Below, in pieces: positions 1 to 8,645 of a DNA stretch of 64,000 nucleotides. Location of the stretch: positions 46,389 through 110,388 of IMG/VR virus record IMGVR_UViG_3300037851_000102, one strand, 5' to 3'. The DNA comes from a virus. The notes under the pieces were generated by a model. The model was given only the letters and a program-made list of their open reading frames with translations, was not told the DNA's origin and did no database searches. Within the stretch, counting starts at the first letter, position 1; every line of letters starts with the position of its first letter. The position numbers and the translations under genes were made by a program.

Positions 1-15
1 CCGACATCATGGACT

Positions 16-408
16 ATGGCGGCCACAAGGTTCACGCCAGAAAAGCCGTGCGATATTATTGCTTGTTACGATGGGAAGTTTCTCGCAATTGAAGGCAAGC
101 AGATTAAGAAGTTCAAGGCGTTCGGCATGAGCGACATGAGACCAGCACAGATCAAAAACTTAACTGAAGTGATAGAGAGAGGCGGCAGGGCATTCATCTT
201 TCTGAATGTCAGGATACCAGCAATCAAGGGTAAGCAGAAGCGTGAGAACCGTCTTCTGATTTTTGATTGGGCAATGTGGAAGGATCGCTTAGAGCGCGAA
301 TCGATCAAAAAGGGGGAGCTTGAGATCTCTCCATACTACTCGACGATCAAGATCGGGGACGACAGGTATTATGATCTCAGAGTTTTTATAAAGAAGTTGA
401 GGGAATAG
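16..408 (+). CDS. RecU-like Holliday junction resolvase (PD-(D/E)XK nuclease), possibly 5'-truncated
   Basis: KPCDIIACYDGKFLAIEGKQ resembles the RecU D...E-x-K core, followed by Q...L..V..RGG.AFIF; frame is open back to base 1. Confidence 0.7.
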   Translation: MAATRFTPEKPCDIIACYDGKFLAIEGKQIKKFKAFGMSDMRPAQIKNLTEVIERGGRAFIFLNVRIPAIKGKQKRENRLLIFDWAMWKDRLERESIKKGELEISPYYSTIKIGDDRYYDLRVFIKKLRE

Positions 409-723
409 ATGAGTGACCAATTGCGAGATCAGCTTAATAACCTGACCAGCGGCATAGCAACTTCGATGGATATGAGCGAAATGCTTTCGTATTCAATTTG
501 GGGAGCGGCGGTCACGACAACAAGAGCCTTTGAGAAAGTGACTCTCAGGGTGGACACCAACAGCAACAGGATATTCGTATCAGTTAAGCTGCGTTGGTGG
601 GCGACGTTTGAAAAGTTTAAGAGGCTTCAGGATGCGTGGCTTTCACGGTGCGAGGATCGCGTGAAGGAGCATATTCCTGAAGGTTGGAAGGTTTTGGTTT
701 ATTACGAAAGGAGCAAGAAATGA
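409..723 (+). CDS. hypothetical protein
   Basis: ATG directly after previous stop, GAGGG upstream, ATGA overlap with next gene. Confidence 0.65.
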   Translation: MSDQLRDQLNNLTSGIATSMDMSEMLSYSIWGAAVTTTRAFEKVTLRVDTNSNRIFVSVKLRWWATFEKFKRLQDAWLSRCEDRVKEHIPEGWKVLVYYERSKK

Positions 724-950
724 AAGAGCAAATTCAGGCGATTGCAGAAGCAGTGGCGGCCTCAGAGGGCACACTCGATGTGAAATCAACGATCACAATG
801 ATGCTTGATGTGATGGCGCTTCAAGCATCAAAGATTGAGGATCTTGAAAAAGGCCAACAAAGGATGCGAGAAGCGTTCTCAACAATCTCAAGTGGCGGCA
901 AGATTCCAACACAAATGGGTGGTAGCAATGGCGGCTTCAGCATCGGGTAG
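720..950 (+). CDS. hypothetical coiled-coil protein
   Basis: AAGGAG RBS, ATG 720 overlapping previous stop. Confidence 0.6.
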   Translation: MKEQIQAIAEAVAASEGTLDVKSTITMMLDVMALQASKIEDLEKGQQRMREAFSTISSGGKIPTQMGGSNGGFSIG

Positions 951-1323
951 GTTCGTTAGAAACGAAGAGTCCAAGAGAGTTTTCAAGAAGTGGATGAACC
1001 TAATCGACAATGGGGAGAAATACTACTTTGCCAAAGCTGCGGATCTCTTCAGTGATCTTCCAGCGCGTCATCAATCAGCATTCATAAAATACTTTGCTGA
1101 TAAGGTGAACGTGAAGTTTTGGCTGGACAATTGGCACGATAGTACGCAGTATCGTGATGTATTACGTTCGATTCTGTTTTATTATTCTGGTCGCGAAAAA
1201 GCGAAAGATCCGAATAAGAAAGAGTTCAGAAATGAGCTTATGGAATTCATGAGGAGTGATGAGTTCAAATCTGGCGTAAAACATGAGGCAAAAGAATTTA
1301 AAGAAGGATTGGAAAGCTTATGA
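928..1323 (+). CDS. hypothetical protein with C-terminal FxxALxxL-type tag (FKEGLESL*)
   Basis: ATG 928 in the 835..1323 frame; shared C-terminal motif. Confidence 0.65.
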   Translation: MAASASGRFVRNEESKRVFKKWMNLIDNGEKYYFAKAADLFSDLPARHQSAFIKYFADKVNVKFWLDNWHDSTQYRDVLRSILFYYSGREKAKDPNKKEFRNELMEFMRSDEFKSGVKHEAKEFKEGLESL

Positions 1324-2324
1324 ACACAGAAGTACAACAACAGAAAGCGCCAGTGGCGAAAACTGCATATCAGATGGAGAAGGACATGAAGCACACTCAC
1401 TATCTTGAATGCAAAAAAGAAATCGAAAAACTCAAGGCAAAGACCGATTCGCAACACCGATTGCTTCAATCGATCCACGTTTTGATGAAGAACTATCTTG
1501 CCAAGCAAGAGGCAATCTCAGATGCGCTAATCGGCGCTGGAGTGATCTCTGAACAAGATCTCAACGCGAAGATCGATGCAAATTTGGGTCTTCGAGAGTT
1601 GTTTGGTGATGATGAAATCAAGATTGGTGACGTTGTTTGGGTGAAGTACACGGCAACAGTATCAGGAAGTGATCGCAAGTTTGAAGATGGCAATCTTCCC
1701 GTTCGAGTTGGCGCAAACGCAGTTGTGTTTGAACCAGCACTTGTCGGCAAGAAGGTCGGCATGAAGGGCGTTCATTTTACTGCAACACTAAAATCAGGCG
1801 AGTTCGCAGGCCAAGATATGATCTTTGATATCGAAATCTTGAAGGCAAAAACAAAACTCGCGCTCGCGACAGAAGGAGTTACGAATGGAGAACAATCAGG
1901 AGAACAACAGCAATCTGGATCTCAAGGGGGAGACGAATCTTCTTCTCACGCTGAAGGACAAGGACACGGAGAATCAGGTGCAAGTGGACATAGCACTGTT
2001 TCAGAAGCAGGACTCAGTGTCGTTGGTGAAGGAAGCAACGGAAGCGGTGAAAACGGCGCTGATCCGAATGGGGTTGGTGCAGGAGAGCGAAGTGAAGCTG
2101 GAGACACAGGTTCACACGATAGCGTACAGAGTGAACAATTAAACGAAGGAGCAGATATGAACGGCGAAGAGAAAAAACCAGAGCAGCAAGAACAAGATCT
2201 TACACACCACAAGACAGAAACCACAGATGTTCTTGTGAAAGCTGAACGTCCCGCTGAGGATTTTATGAGCCAACACGACTTGGACAAAGAGACTCACGGT
2301 AAAAAAGAAGAAGAAAAACAATAG
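1320..2324 (+). CDS. coiled coil plus trigger-factor/FKBP-type PPIase-like domain with long low-complexity tail
   Basis: IKIGDVVWVKYTATV...FEPALVGKKVG...AGQDMIFDIEILK matches the trigger-factor FKBP domain pattern. Confidence 0.65.
   Translation: MNTEVQQQKAPVAKTAYQMEKDMKHTHYLECKKEIEKLKAKTDSQHRLLQSIHVLMKNYLAKQEAISDALIGAGVISEQDLNAKIDANLGLRELFGDDEIKIGDVVWVKYTATVSGSDRKFEDGNLPVRVGANAVVFEPALVGKKVGMKGVHFTATLKSGEFAGQDMIFDIEILKAKTKLALATEGVTNGEQSGEQQQSGSQGGDESSSHAEGQGHGESGASGHSTVSEAGLSVVGEGSNGSGENGADPNGVGAGERSEAGDTGSHDSVQSEQLNEGADMNGEEKKPEQQEQDLTHHKTETTDVLVKAERPAEDFMSQHDLDKETHGKKEEEKQ
1885..2142 (+). CDS. hypothetical protein nested out of frame in 1320..2324
   Basis: AGAAGGAG RBS before ATG 1885; globular-looking sequence while the host frame here is G/S/E-rich. 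Confidence 0.6.
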   Translation: MENNQENNSNLDLKGETNLLLTLKDKDTENQVQVDIALFQKQDSVSLVKEATEAVKTALIRMGLVQESEVKLETQVHTIAYRVNN

Positions 2325-2330
2325 TTTACA

Positions 2331-2348
2331 AACTGAGACGTAGAAGTT
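2331..2348. repeat. intergenic copy of 18-bp quasi-palindrome (AACTGAGACGTAGAAGTT)
   Basis: reverse complement matches the 45252 copy at 16/18; 17-bp exact reverse-complement match to 31847-31863. Confidence 0.5.
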
Positions 2349-2351
2349 GAT

Positions 2352-2600
2352 ATGAAGAAGGTTGTCTATAAGTCAGATTTAAAGGGAGTTGAGGCTCGCG
2401 CAAAGGCGGCCAAAAACTCTCTCATCGTGATGGGAAGATCCAAAAAGAAATTGTGGGTCAAGAACTTGGAACTCGAAGGAGTGGAACTCAAGTTCGATCC
2501 CGAAACCGAAATGGTCACGATGAGCTTCCCTTTGCGGCAGGGTGAATTCCTTGCAATCCAAGACGAGCAGGCAATGGCTGAACAGAAGGAGCTTGGATGA
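2352..2600 (+). CDS. hypothetical protein
   Basis: ORF coupled to the ParB-like gene. Confidence 0.55.
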   Translation: MKKVVYKSDLKGVEARAKAAKNSLIVMGRSKKKLWVKNLELEGVELKFDPETEMVTMSFPLRQGEFLAIQDEQAMAEQKELG

Positions 2601-3499
2601 GCAACGTGATTGAGGTCTGCAAAGTAAACTCATACGCAGACATATCGAAACTGAAATTCCATCCTAAAAACCCGCGCACGATCAAGGTTGATCGCCTCGA
2701 GCAATTGAAGGATTCGATCATCAAGAAGGGCTTTTATCAGCCAATTCTTGTTTGGAAGAAGGGCGGGATCGTTCTTGCAGGCAATCACAGACTTCTTGCG
2801 GCTCAAGAGTTGGTTAAGGAAGGTTGGACGTTCAAATCGCCAGAGGGCAAGGAGAACGTGCTTCCTATCGTGATGGAAGATGTGAGCGATGAGGTCGCAG
2901 AGCAGATTCTTTTTGAAACCAACAACACCTATGCTGAATGGGTGGAAGATAAGCTGAGAGATGCGATCCAGAGCGCAGAGCAGAAGGGTCGTTCGATATC
3001 TTCATTTGGATTCACGACGGACTATGTGGACAACCTTTTGGCTTCGGCAATTGACGACGCTGAGAAGGCCACGAAGAAGATCCGTGATTCTATGGATGAA
3101 GAGGGCTCAGATGATCTTGATAAGCTCATGGCTGAAACGGCAGATGAAGAGGAGTTTGAGTCCTTAATTCTGCCAAAATCGGTTTACACCAAGCTCACAG
3201 CACTTTTGGCCGACATATCAGAGGCGTTGGTTCCAGAGTGGCATGAGGGTGATGGTTATAAAGAGGCGGTTCTTGCGCTTTTGCAGGCCGCTGACGAGAC
3301 CGAGATCACGGAGCATATCAAGAGCAGGCTTGCGAGCGAAGAGCTTGCTGACGCGCCTGTTATTGACGTTGAAACGGAATCAGACTCCATTGGGGAGCCT
3401 GAAGAAAACGAAGGAGAAGAAGATATGGCAAAAACTACAAAAGCCAAAACTAAGAAGACGGCTACAAAGAAAAACAAGAAGACAAAAGCAAAAGCATAA
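2597..3499 (+). CDS. ParB/Sulfiredoxin N-terminal domain protein with acidic linker and Lys-rich tail
   Basis: LKFHPKNPR...LKDSIIKKGFYQPILV...VLAGNHRLLAA is the ParBc signature. Confidence 0.85.
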   Translation: MSNVIEVCKVNSYADISKLKFHPKNPRTIKVDRLEQLKDSIIKKGFYQPILVWKKGGIVLAGNHRLLAAQELVKEGWTFKSPEGKENVLPIVMEDVSDEVAEQILFETNNTYAEWVEDKLRDAIQSAEQKGRSISSFGFTTDYVDNLLASAIDDAEKATKKIRDSMDEEGSDDLDKLMAETADEEEFESLILPKSVYTKLTALLADISEALVPEWHEGDGYKEAVLALLQAADETEITEHIKSRLASEELADAPVIDVETESDSIGEPEENEGEEDMAKTTKAKTKKTATKKNKKTKAKA

Positions 3500-3530
3500 T
3501 TTACATTATGCGGCAGACTGTGGGGCAGCT

Positions 3531-3842
3531 ATGGAATCCAAAATAAACGACGATAAGAGAAAACGACTCATGCGAGTGATGTTCGGGCCGATTGAGGTGC
3601 CCGCATGGGTCATTAAACAGGTCTTCGAGAAACTTCCTGAAGATGCGGTCATGATTACGCATATTCACGATCCACAAAGATTGCAATGGGGATGGATTAT
3701 TGCATCGATGGAATTCCCAGTTGTGGAAGAGGGAGCAGTGTTACCGCCAGCGGTTGTATCGGTGGACGGAGTGAAGAAGACGGTTGAAATTACGAGACCA
3801 GTGACAGTGGACTCATTTGAAGACGCATTGAAGGCACTATGA
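3531..3842 (+). CDS. hypothetical protein, C-terminal tag FEDALKAL*
   Basis: ATG 3531 after GGGG; shared motif. Confidence 0.7.
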   Translation: MESKINDDKRKRLMRVMFGPIEVPAWVIKQVFEKLPEDAVMITHIHDPQRLQWGWIIASMEFPVVEEGAVLPPAVVSVDGVKKTVEITRPVTVDSFEDALKAL

Positions 3843-4102
3843 GTGAGAATGAAACTGAAACAATAAAATTTCTGCGCGAGAAACTGGCTGAAGCGCAGGT
3901 TCAAAACGACAAACTTCAAGCGGCACTTGAATCGGCGAAATCTGATATTAAAAACGCTACAAATCTAATTATCGACTTCATTGCGGAGTATTCCACGCCG
4001 AACAATTCACTGAAGACAGAGGACGCATTGGGCGGTCTCAAGAACTTCATAAGAGAGCGGTGTGATAGTGGATCCGAAAAACAAGCTGCGCCAAACGCTT
4101 GA
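3839..4102 (+). CDS. hypothetical coiled-coil protein
   Basis: ATGA-coupled ORF. Confidence 0.6.
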   Translation: MSENETETIKFLREKLAEAQVQNDKLQAALESAKSDIKNATNLIIDFIAEYSTPNNSLKTEDALGGLKNFIRERCDSGSEKQAAPNA

Positions 4103-4337
4103 ACACGCGATAGAGCAAATCAACAGAGATCCGCATCTGGTTCGTTCACACACAGTTGATGCACTTGCAGAGCAAGTTGGGCTCAAACGACGACAAGGGG
4201 AGCCTGACAATGTTCTTTGGGCTCGAATTGAGGGCTCAGGTCGGCTTGATGATTTACGCAAAGAGCTTATGGATAAAATGAATTCGCTTGGCAATGATGA
4301 GGTACGAGACTTTGAATCAGCACTGAAAAACTTGTGA
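4062..4337 (+). CDS. hypothetical protein with baseplate-wedge-like motif, C-terminal tag FESALKNL*
   Basis: VDALAEQVGLKRRQGEPDNVLWARI; shared motif; start could be GTG 4062 or 4068. Confidence 0.65.
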   Translation: MIVDPKNKLRQTLEHAIEQINRDPHLVRSHTVDALAEQVGLKRRQGEPDNVLWARIEGSGRLDDLRKELMDKMNSLGNDEVRDFESALKNL

Positions 4338-4343
4338 GGATGT

Positions 4344-4661
4344 ATGAAGCTGAGGGCGAGAAGCAAATTAGAGGATTCAAAAGAGGTTGAACTTTCAATG
4401 GAATCACTCGGCAAATTGTTGGCGGATGGTCTGAATGGAGTCTTCGAGAAGATCCACACAGATGATTGGAAGAAGTTTTCGTTGAAACTTGAATTCTATG
4501 CCAAAACAGATAGCAACGGCGTGTCAATTGCAAATCTTACATTATCTGAAACGACAAGTGGAGAGAAACCCGCTAACATTAAAAAAGCAGGGAAGCGGGT
4601 TGAGGGCTCCACGGACGGGGCCGCTATTGTTGATTTTCTTGAGGGCTTGAAAAAGCTATGA
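4344..4661 (+). CDS. hypothetical protein, C-terminal tag FLEGLKKL*
   Basis: GAGG RBS; shared motif. Confidence 0.7.
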   Translation: MKLRARSKLEDSKEVELSMESLGKLLADGLNGVFEKIHTDDWKKFSLKLEFYAKTDSNGVSIANLTLSETTSGEKPANIKKAGKRVEGSTDGAAIVDFLEGLKKL

Positions 4662-5062
4662 GTGAATCGGTGAAGCGGCCTTTGTTGATGGTTAAGCCCG
4701 AACTCGTTGCAATGATCGACGATTGGGAGCGCATACGCGGCTCGAAGAGCGATGTAGAGCGCAGAAGACGGGAGCAAGAAGAGATTGCGAAGCTGCCCGT
4801 TTTAGATAGGCTCAAGCGCGAAATTTCAATTGGTGACAGAATAAAATTCGTCACAGCACAGAAGAACCGCAAAGCCGCGCTCGACAAGGAGTATGAGGTC
4901 TTATCAAAGCGGCGATACTGCACGAATCATGATGGTGGAGAGGTTGCGATCCTTTGTGATGATGGGAAGATTCGCGGATACTCGACCAGAAAAGTTGAAG
5001 TTATCAATCCACAAAAACTCAGCGAAATAGAGCAGTTTTCAAACGCATTGGAGCTTTTATGA
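4658..5062 (+). CDS. hypothetical protein (possible SH3-like barrel), C-terminal tag FSNALELL*
   Basis: DRLKREISIGDRIKF pattern; shared motif. Confidence 0.7.
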   Translation: MSESVKRPLLMVKPELVAMIDDWERIRGSKSDVERRRREQEEIAKLPVLDRLKREISIGDRIKFVTAQKNRKAALDKEYEVLSKRRYCTNHDGGEVAILCDDGKIRGYSTRKVEVINPQKLSEIEQFSNALELL

Positions 5063-5406
5063 GCGAAACCATGCGGATGTTCACGCTTTATGTGGTGGAG
5101 AAGGAGACTGGAGAGCGGATTGCGATCCGTCCAGGTCTCATTTTTGAAGAAGAGCCAACAGCGGGAATCGCAAATCGTTTCACGATCAAGGCACTGAACA
5201 CAGAGAAGCGCGAAGTGATTATTGAAGCACACGCATTCAAATCAGAGGTCACAGAATCGTGGGACAAGTTCGTTAAAATGGTCGCAGATGGCGAGTTAAA
5301 GCTCGTTAATTCAGAGAATGTGATCCGCGAGATGCGAGAGGCAAGAGAGCAGGGCAAGAGCGAGCAATCGGCCAAGGATTTTGAGGATGCGCTTAAAAAT
5401 TTATAG
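5059..5406 (+). CDS. hypothetical protein, C-terminal tag FEDALKNL*
   Basis: GGAG RBS, ATGA overlap; shared motif. Confidence 0.7.
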   Translation: MSETMRMFTLYVVEKETGERIAIRPGLIFEEEPTAGIANRFTIKALNTEKREVIIEAHAFKSEVTESWDKFVKMVADGELKLVNSENVIREMREAREQGKSEQSAKDFEDALKNL

Positions 5407-5415
5407 GGGACAGCG

Positions 5416-5892
5416 ATGTTTGATGAGTACAAGACAAGAGTGATGGGCAAGTTTGAAGAGCCAGAGATATCACACAGAGATATTGACAGGCTTGCAGAGT
5501 ATTTCATACGTCGATCATTAAGATACTACGCAGGCGGTGGAGCCAGACACGTTGGCGGTGCGAGAATGCCAATGGAGTTCTACCGAGATCTTGCAAAGCA
5601 GGTGATTGAGCTTGCCTATAAATTTCACGGCGACAAATCGCATTCACTCAAGTCACTCGTTGCAATCATAATCGGGCCCGAAATCGAAAAGATCTTTTCA
5701 CCCGATCCAAGAGAGGCGCGTCCACCTCAAGCAATCCTTGATGAGACCGATGAGAAGTTTTGGAAGATGATGGAAGAGCCAATGCTCACGAAAAAAGACA
5801 TAGAATCCTTTACAGAGAATGATTTTAAGCCAAAGAAGCCAAGGCCAAAGACAGAGATAGAAGAGTTCAACAAGGCACTTAAAAAGCTATGA
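5416..5892 (+). CDS. hypothetical protein, C-terminal tag FNKALKKL*
   Basis: AGGGG RBS; shared motif. Confidence 0.7.
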   Translation: MFDEYKTRVMGKFEEPEISHRDIDRLAEYFIRRSLRYYAGGGARHVGGARMPMEFYRDLAKQVIELAYKFHGDKSHSLKSLVAIIIGPEIEKIFSPDPREARPPQAILDETDEKFWKMMEEPMLTKKDIESFTENDFKPKKPRPKTEIEEFNKALKKL

Positions 5893-6191
5893 GCAAGCTC
5901 CCAAAGACCCGATCAATTTACGATGTCGATAGGCTCACTTCAAGCTCAGAGATAAAGCTCGACGGCAGGACAATCGGCACAATCACAGATATCAGAATCG
6001 AAGACGGCACAGCCCACGTCGAAGCGACAATCACACCGCCAAAGCCCATTGAATCAATCACCTTTGAAGGCACAATCACAGGCTTTGAATCCATTGAAGA
6101 GATCCCAAAACCGAAATCCAAACGCCTCAGACACACACCAAAAGAGAAATCAGAAATTGAAGCATTTGAAGAGGCACTCAAAAACCTATGA
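5889..6191 (+). CDS. hypothetical protein with sheath-C-terminus-like motif, C-terminal tag FEEALKNL*
   Basis: TAHVEATITPPKPIESI resembles this phage's sheath TALINVSITPVQGIDFI; shared motif. Confidence 0.7.
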   Translation: MSKLPKTRSIYDVDRLTSSSEIKLDGRTIGTITDIRIEDGTAHVEATITPPKPIESITFEGTITGFESIEEIPKPKSKRLRHTPKEKSEIEAFEEALKNL

Positions 6192-6514
6192 AGCCAGAAG
6201 GAATCACAATCACACAGTATATGCTTCCCGAAGGCCCAATACACTTTGATACGGCCTCAGCCGAACAGCTCGATAGAATCGGAGAGCTACACGCAATCAG
6301 AAGAGACGACGGAGAGCCAGACGCAAGTTACAGATCCAAGCTATTAAAGGCACTTCATTCAAGAACGTCATACATGACCACAGATGAAGTGAAACAGTTC
6401 TTCGATCCCGACACAGGCAAAGAGTTCGTACAGATAGACCCAAACGAAATTCAAGCCAAAATCCAACACACGCAACAAGTCCAAGACTTTTTGACGGCGC
6501 TCGACAAGCTCTAA
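6188..6514 (+). CDS. hypothetical protein with baseplate-wedge-like motif, C-terminal tag FLTALDKL*
   Basis: FDTASAEQLDRIGELHAIRRDDGEPDASYRSKL; shared motif. Confidence 0.7.
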   Translation: MKPEGITITQYMLPEGPIHFDTASAEQLDRIGELHAIRRDDGEPDASYRSKLLKALHSRTSYMTTDEVKQFFDPDTGKEFVQIDPNEIQAKIQHTQQVQDFLTALDKL

Positions 6515-6615
6515 AACAAACGCTCGACCAACATACTACAATGTAATACATTCAATTCCGTAGTCAGGGAGAATCTAATGTATTCGCCGATACAGACACC
6601 ATTGGAGTAACAACA

Positions 6616-7446
6616 GTGAGTAAATGGAAGCCCAGAAGAGATTTTAAAGCAGTAACAGATAAGCGCACTTCAAAGAAGTCGGCTTCAAAACAATCAGATC
6701 CAACACCACAAGAGTTCCAAAGAGACCTCGAAGATTTAGACGTGCCAGATTTATTTGAAAAGGGCACAAGAATCTTGAAGCGTGACATGGGTGGAGCAGA
6801 CAAGCTCAAGCACGATGGTCACATTCTTATGATGGAGTGGGCGATTAAGTATTCAGACATGATACCGCGCAAATTCTTAATGGAGCGCAGAGGTTATTCA
6901 CACGCACAAGCAGACGTGATTTTAGCGGTCACAGGTTCAACGTCAGAATGGGCGAATGCGCGAGAGCGCGTACTTGATTCAATGAGTGAATCAGTTATCA
7001 AGCGGCACATTGATAAGCTCGTTGAAGTGAACGATCAGCACATAGCGGCCTCAAAGCTCACGATGGCAAAAGCGATTGAGATGCTCACGAAATTGCCCGT
7101 GGATGTGGAATTAGATCCAAAGACAGGCAAATCAAAGAAGCGCACTATGAGATCAATTGATCTTGTGAATTGCGCAAACGCGATTGAGAAGGCGCAATCG
7201 ATCTATCGAAAGGCGATGGGCTTGCCAAACGAAGAGTCAGGTCTTGCGCAGATCTTGGAGAAGGTCGCGCAATTAAACGTGCAACAAAATGTTCAGATCA
7301 ACAACACGGTTGTCCAGCAACAGCCTGAGAAGAGTGAGCAACAGAAGAAGATAGAGGCATTAAGCTATGATGACATTATGGAGTTCGTTGAATTTAGAAG
7401 AGAGCAGAAGAGACTCGCGCAACAGCCAAAGGACACTGGATCTTGA
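6616..7446 (+). CDS. candidate terminase small subunit
   Basis: GGAG RBS plus GTG; helical body, Q/N/V beta-like segment (NVQQNVQINNTVV) then LSYDDIMEF, as in TerS C-termini; not adjacent to TerL. Confidence 0.45.
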   Translation: MSKWKPRRDFKAVTDKRTSKKSASKQSDPTPQEFQRDLEDLDVPDLFEKGTRILKRDMGGADKLKHDGHILMMEWAIKYSDMIPRKFLMERRGYSHAQADVILAVTGSTSEWANARERVLDSMSESVIKRHIDKLVEVNDQHIAASKLTMAKAIEMLTKLPVDVELDPKTGKSKKRTMRSIDLVNCANAIEKAQSIYRKAMGLPNEESGLAQILEKVAQLNVQQNVQINNTVVQQQPEKSEQQKKIEALSYDDIMEFVEFRREQKRLAQQPKDTGS

Positions 7447-7484
7447 GCGATTGTATGCGTATGGGGCAGAGGGTGAGGTTTTAG

Positions 7485-7724
7485 ATGTCACACATGATGG
7501 GTCAACAGAAGGCTCGGATGAGGGAAGAGAACAGGAATTGGCAGGAGAGAGATCGGGAGAACTTGAGCGGGAGAGCTTTGCGTAGGGAGCAGGAGCGCAA
7601 GGTCGCTGCATGGAATAGAGAGCAGGCGCGACTACGATCCGAAGAAGAGATTAGAGAACGGGCGCGGGAGCGAGAGCGATTGGTTTCGATTGAACGGTTC
7701 CAAGACGCGCTGGAGAACTTATGA
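7485..7724 (+). CDS. E/R-rich helical protein, C-terminal tag FQDALENL*
   Basis: GAGG RBS; shared motif. Confidence 0.6.
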   Translation: MSHMMGQQKARMREENRNWQERDRENLSGRALRREQERKVAAWNREQARLRSEEEIRERARERERLVSIERFQDALENL

Positions 7725-7876
7725 AGGATTTAATCAATTTTACGTTCGCGCTTATCGCATTTGTCGCACTATTCCTTGTGCTTCCATTCGTGGTCTATAG
7801 CATCAACAAGTATGTTCACCATGATCGCATCGAACAGATGATTGAATCAAAGGTAAAGGCGGAGTGTTTACGATGA
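7721..7876 (+). CDS. small membrane protein (51 aa)
   Basis: hand-translated MKDLINFTFALIAFVALFLVLPFVVYSINK...; GGAG RBS, ATGA overlap. Confidence 0.6.
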   Translation: MKDLINFTFALIAFVALFLVLPFVVYSINKYVHHDRIEQMIESKVKAECLR

Positions 7877-7980
7877 GTGAGCTTTTAGGATTCGCAGAGA
7901 GAAACCCAATACTCGCAGTGATCTTGGCTTATATCATCGTGCAGGGCTTGGTTTATATGATCCAAGCGATTAGGAGATGA
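7873..7980 (+). CDS. small membrane protein (35 aa)
   Basis: MSELLGFAERNPILAVILAYIIVQGLVYMIQAIRR; GGAG RBS, ATGA overlap. Confidence 0.55.
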   Translation: MSELLGFAERNPILAVILAYIIVQGLVYMIQAIRR

Positions 7981-8066
7981 GCGATTGGGAGTGGATACTT
8001 TTGATCGCGATGCCATTGATTGTAATGATCGCGATGAGTTTAGTTTTATGTAATTATTTTTGTTAG
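7977..8066 (+). CDS. small membrane protein (29 aa)
   Basis: MSDWEWILLIAMPLIVMIAMSLVLCNYFC; ATGA overlap. Confidence 0.45.
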   Translation: MSDWEWILLIAMPLIVMIAMSLVLCNYFC

Positions 8067-8074
8067 GAGATGAA

Positions 8075-8404
8075 GTGAAGCCAGAGCAAGTTTCAAACGA
8101 TGTACTTGAGTTTTTAAAAAATAAATATGGCGATGAGATCAACATTGAATCATTGAGGCTTGGTCTTGGTCTCACAGTTTCAGCGATTCATGCAACGCTG
8201 ATTCATTCGGCCAAAACAGATGATGAACGACAAGGGGCAGTTCACACAGCGATGGACACGGTGGAGCGCATGATTGGTTCGATCCAAAAAGATTGCGAAA
8301 TTTGTGGAATGCCTGGAATTGAATTCGTTAAGGGTATTGTGGATGAGAACGGCAACATGGTTGAAACTAAACAGGGGGAGAACGATGAAGGTCGGGTTCA
8401 TTGA
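8075..8404 (+). CDS. hypothetical protein
   Basis: AGGAG RBS before GTG 8075. Confidence 0.6.
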   Translation: MKPEQVSNDVLEFLKNKYGDEINIESLRLGLGLTVSAIHATLIHSAKTDDERQGAVHTAMDTVERMIGSIQKDCEICGMPGIEFVKGIVDENGNMVETKQGENDEGRVH

Positions 8405-8645
8405 TTTAGCAGAGAACGCATTCAAGATTGAAAAACAGATTGAACACGCGCTTAGAGATCGTTGGCTGGATGGAGACACAGCACACGAATTCAAAAACGA
8501 AATGTATAAGCGCAGAAAACAAAAGGGTGGATTGAAAGCCCTACTGAAAGAGATCAACACAGAGATTGAATTCAGAAAGAAAACATTCGGGGGGATGGAT
8601 GAGACAATTAAACAAAAGGCAAATAGAGTTAATACTGCCGTCTGA
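8385..8645 (+). CDS. hypothetical protein
   Basis: GGGGGAG RBS before ATG 8385. Confidence 0.6.
   Translation: MKVGFIDLAENAFKIEKQIEHALRDRWLDGDTAHEFKNEMYKRRKQKGGLKALLKEINTEIEFRKKTFGGMDETIKQKANRVNTAV

Noticed and set aside
3800-6514. FxxALxxL ends as a DNA repeat, attC-like cassette junction or RBS by-product
   Set aside because: Nucleotide sequences differ at synonymous sites, show no inverted-repeat structure, and 5 of 13 copies do not overlap a downstream start.
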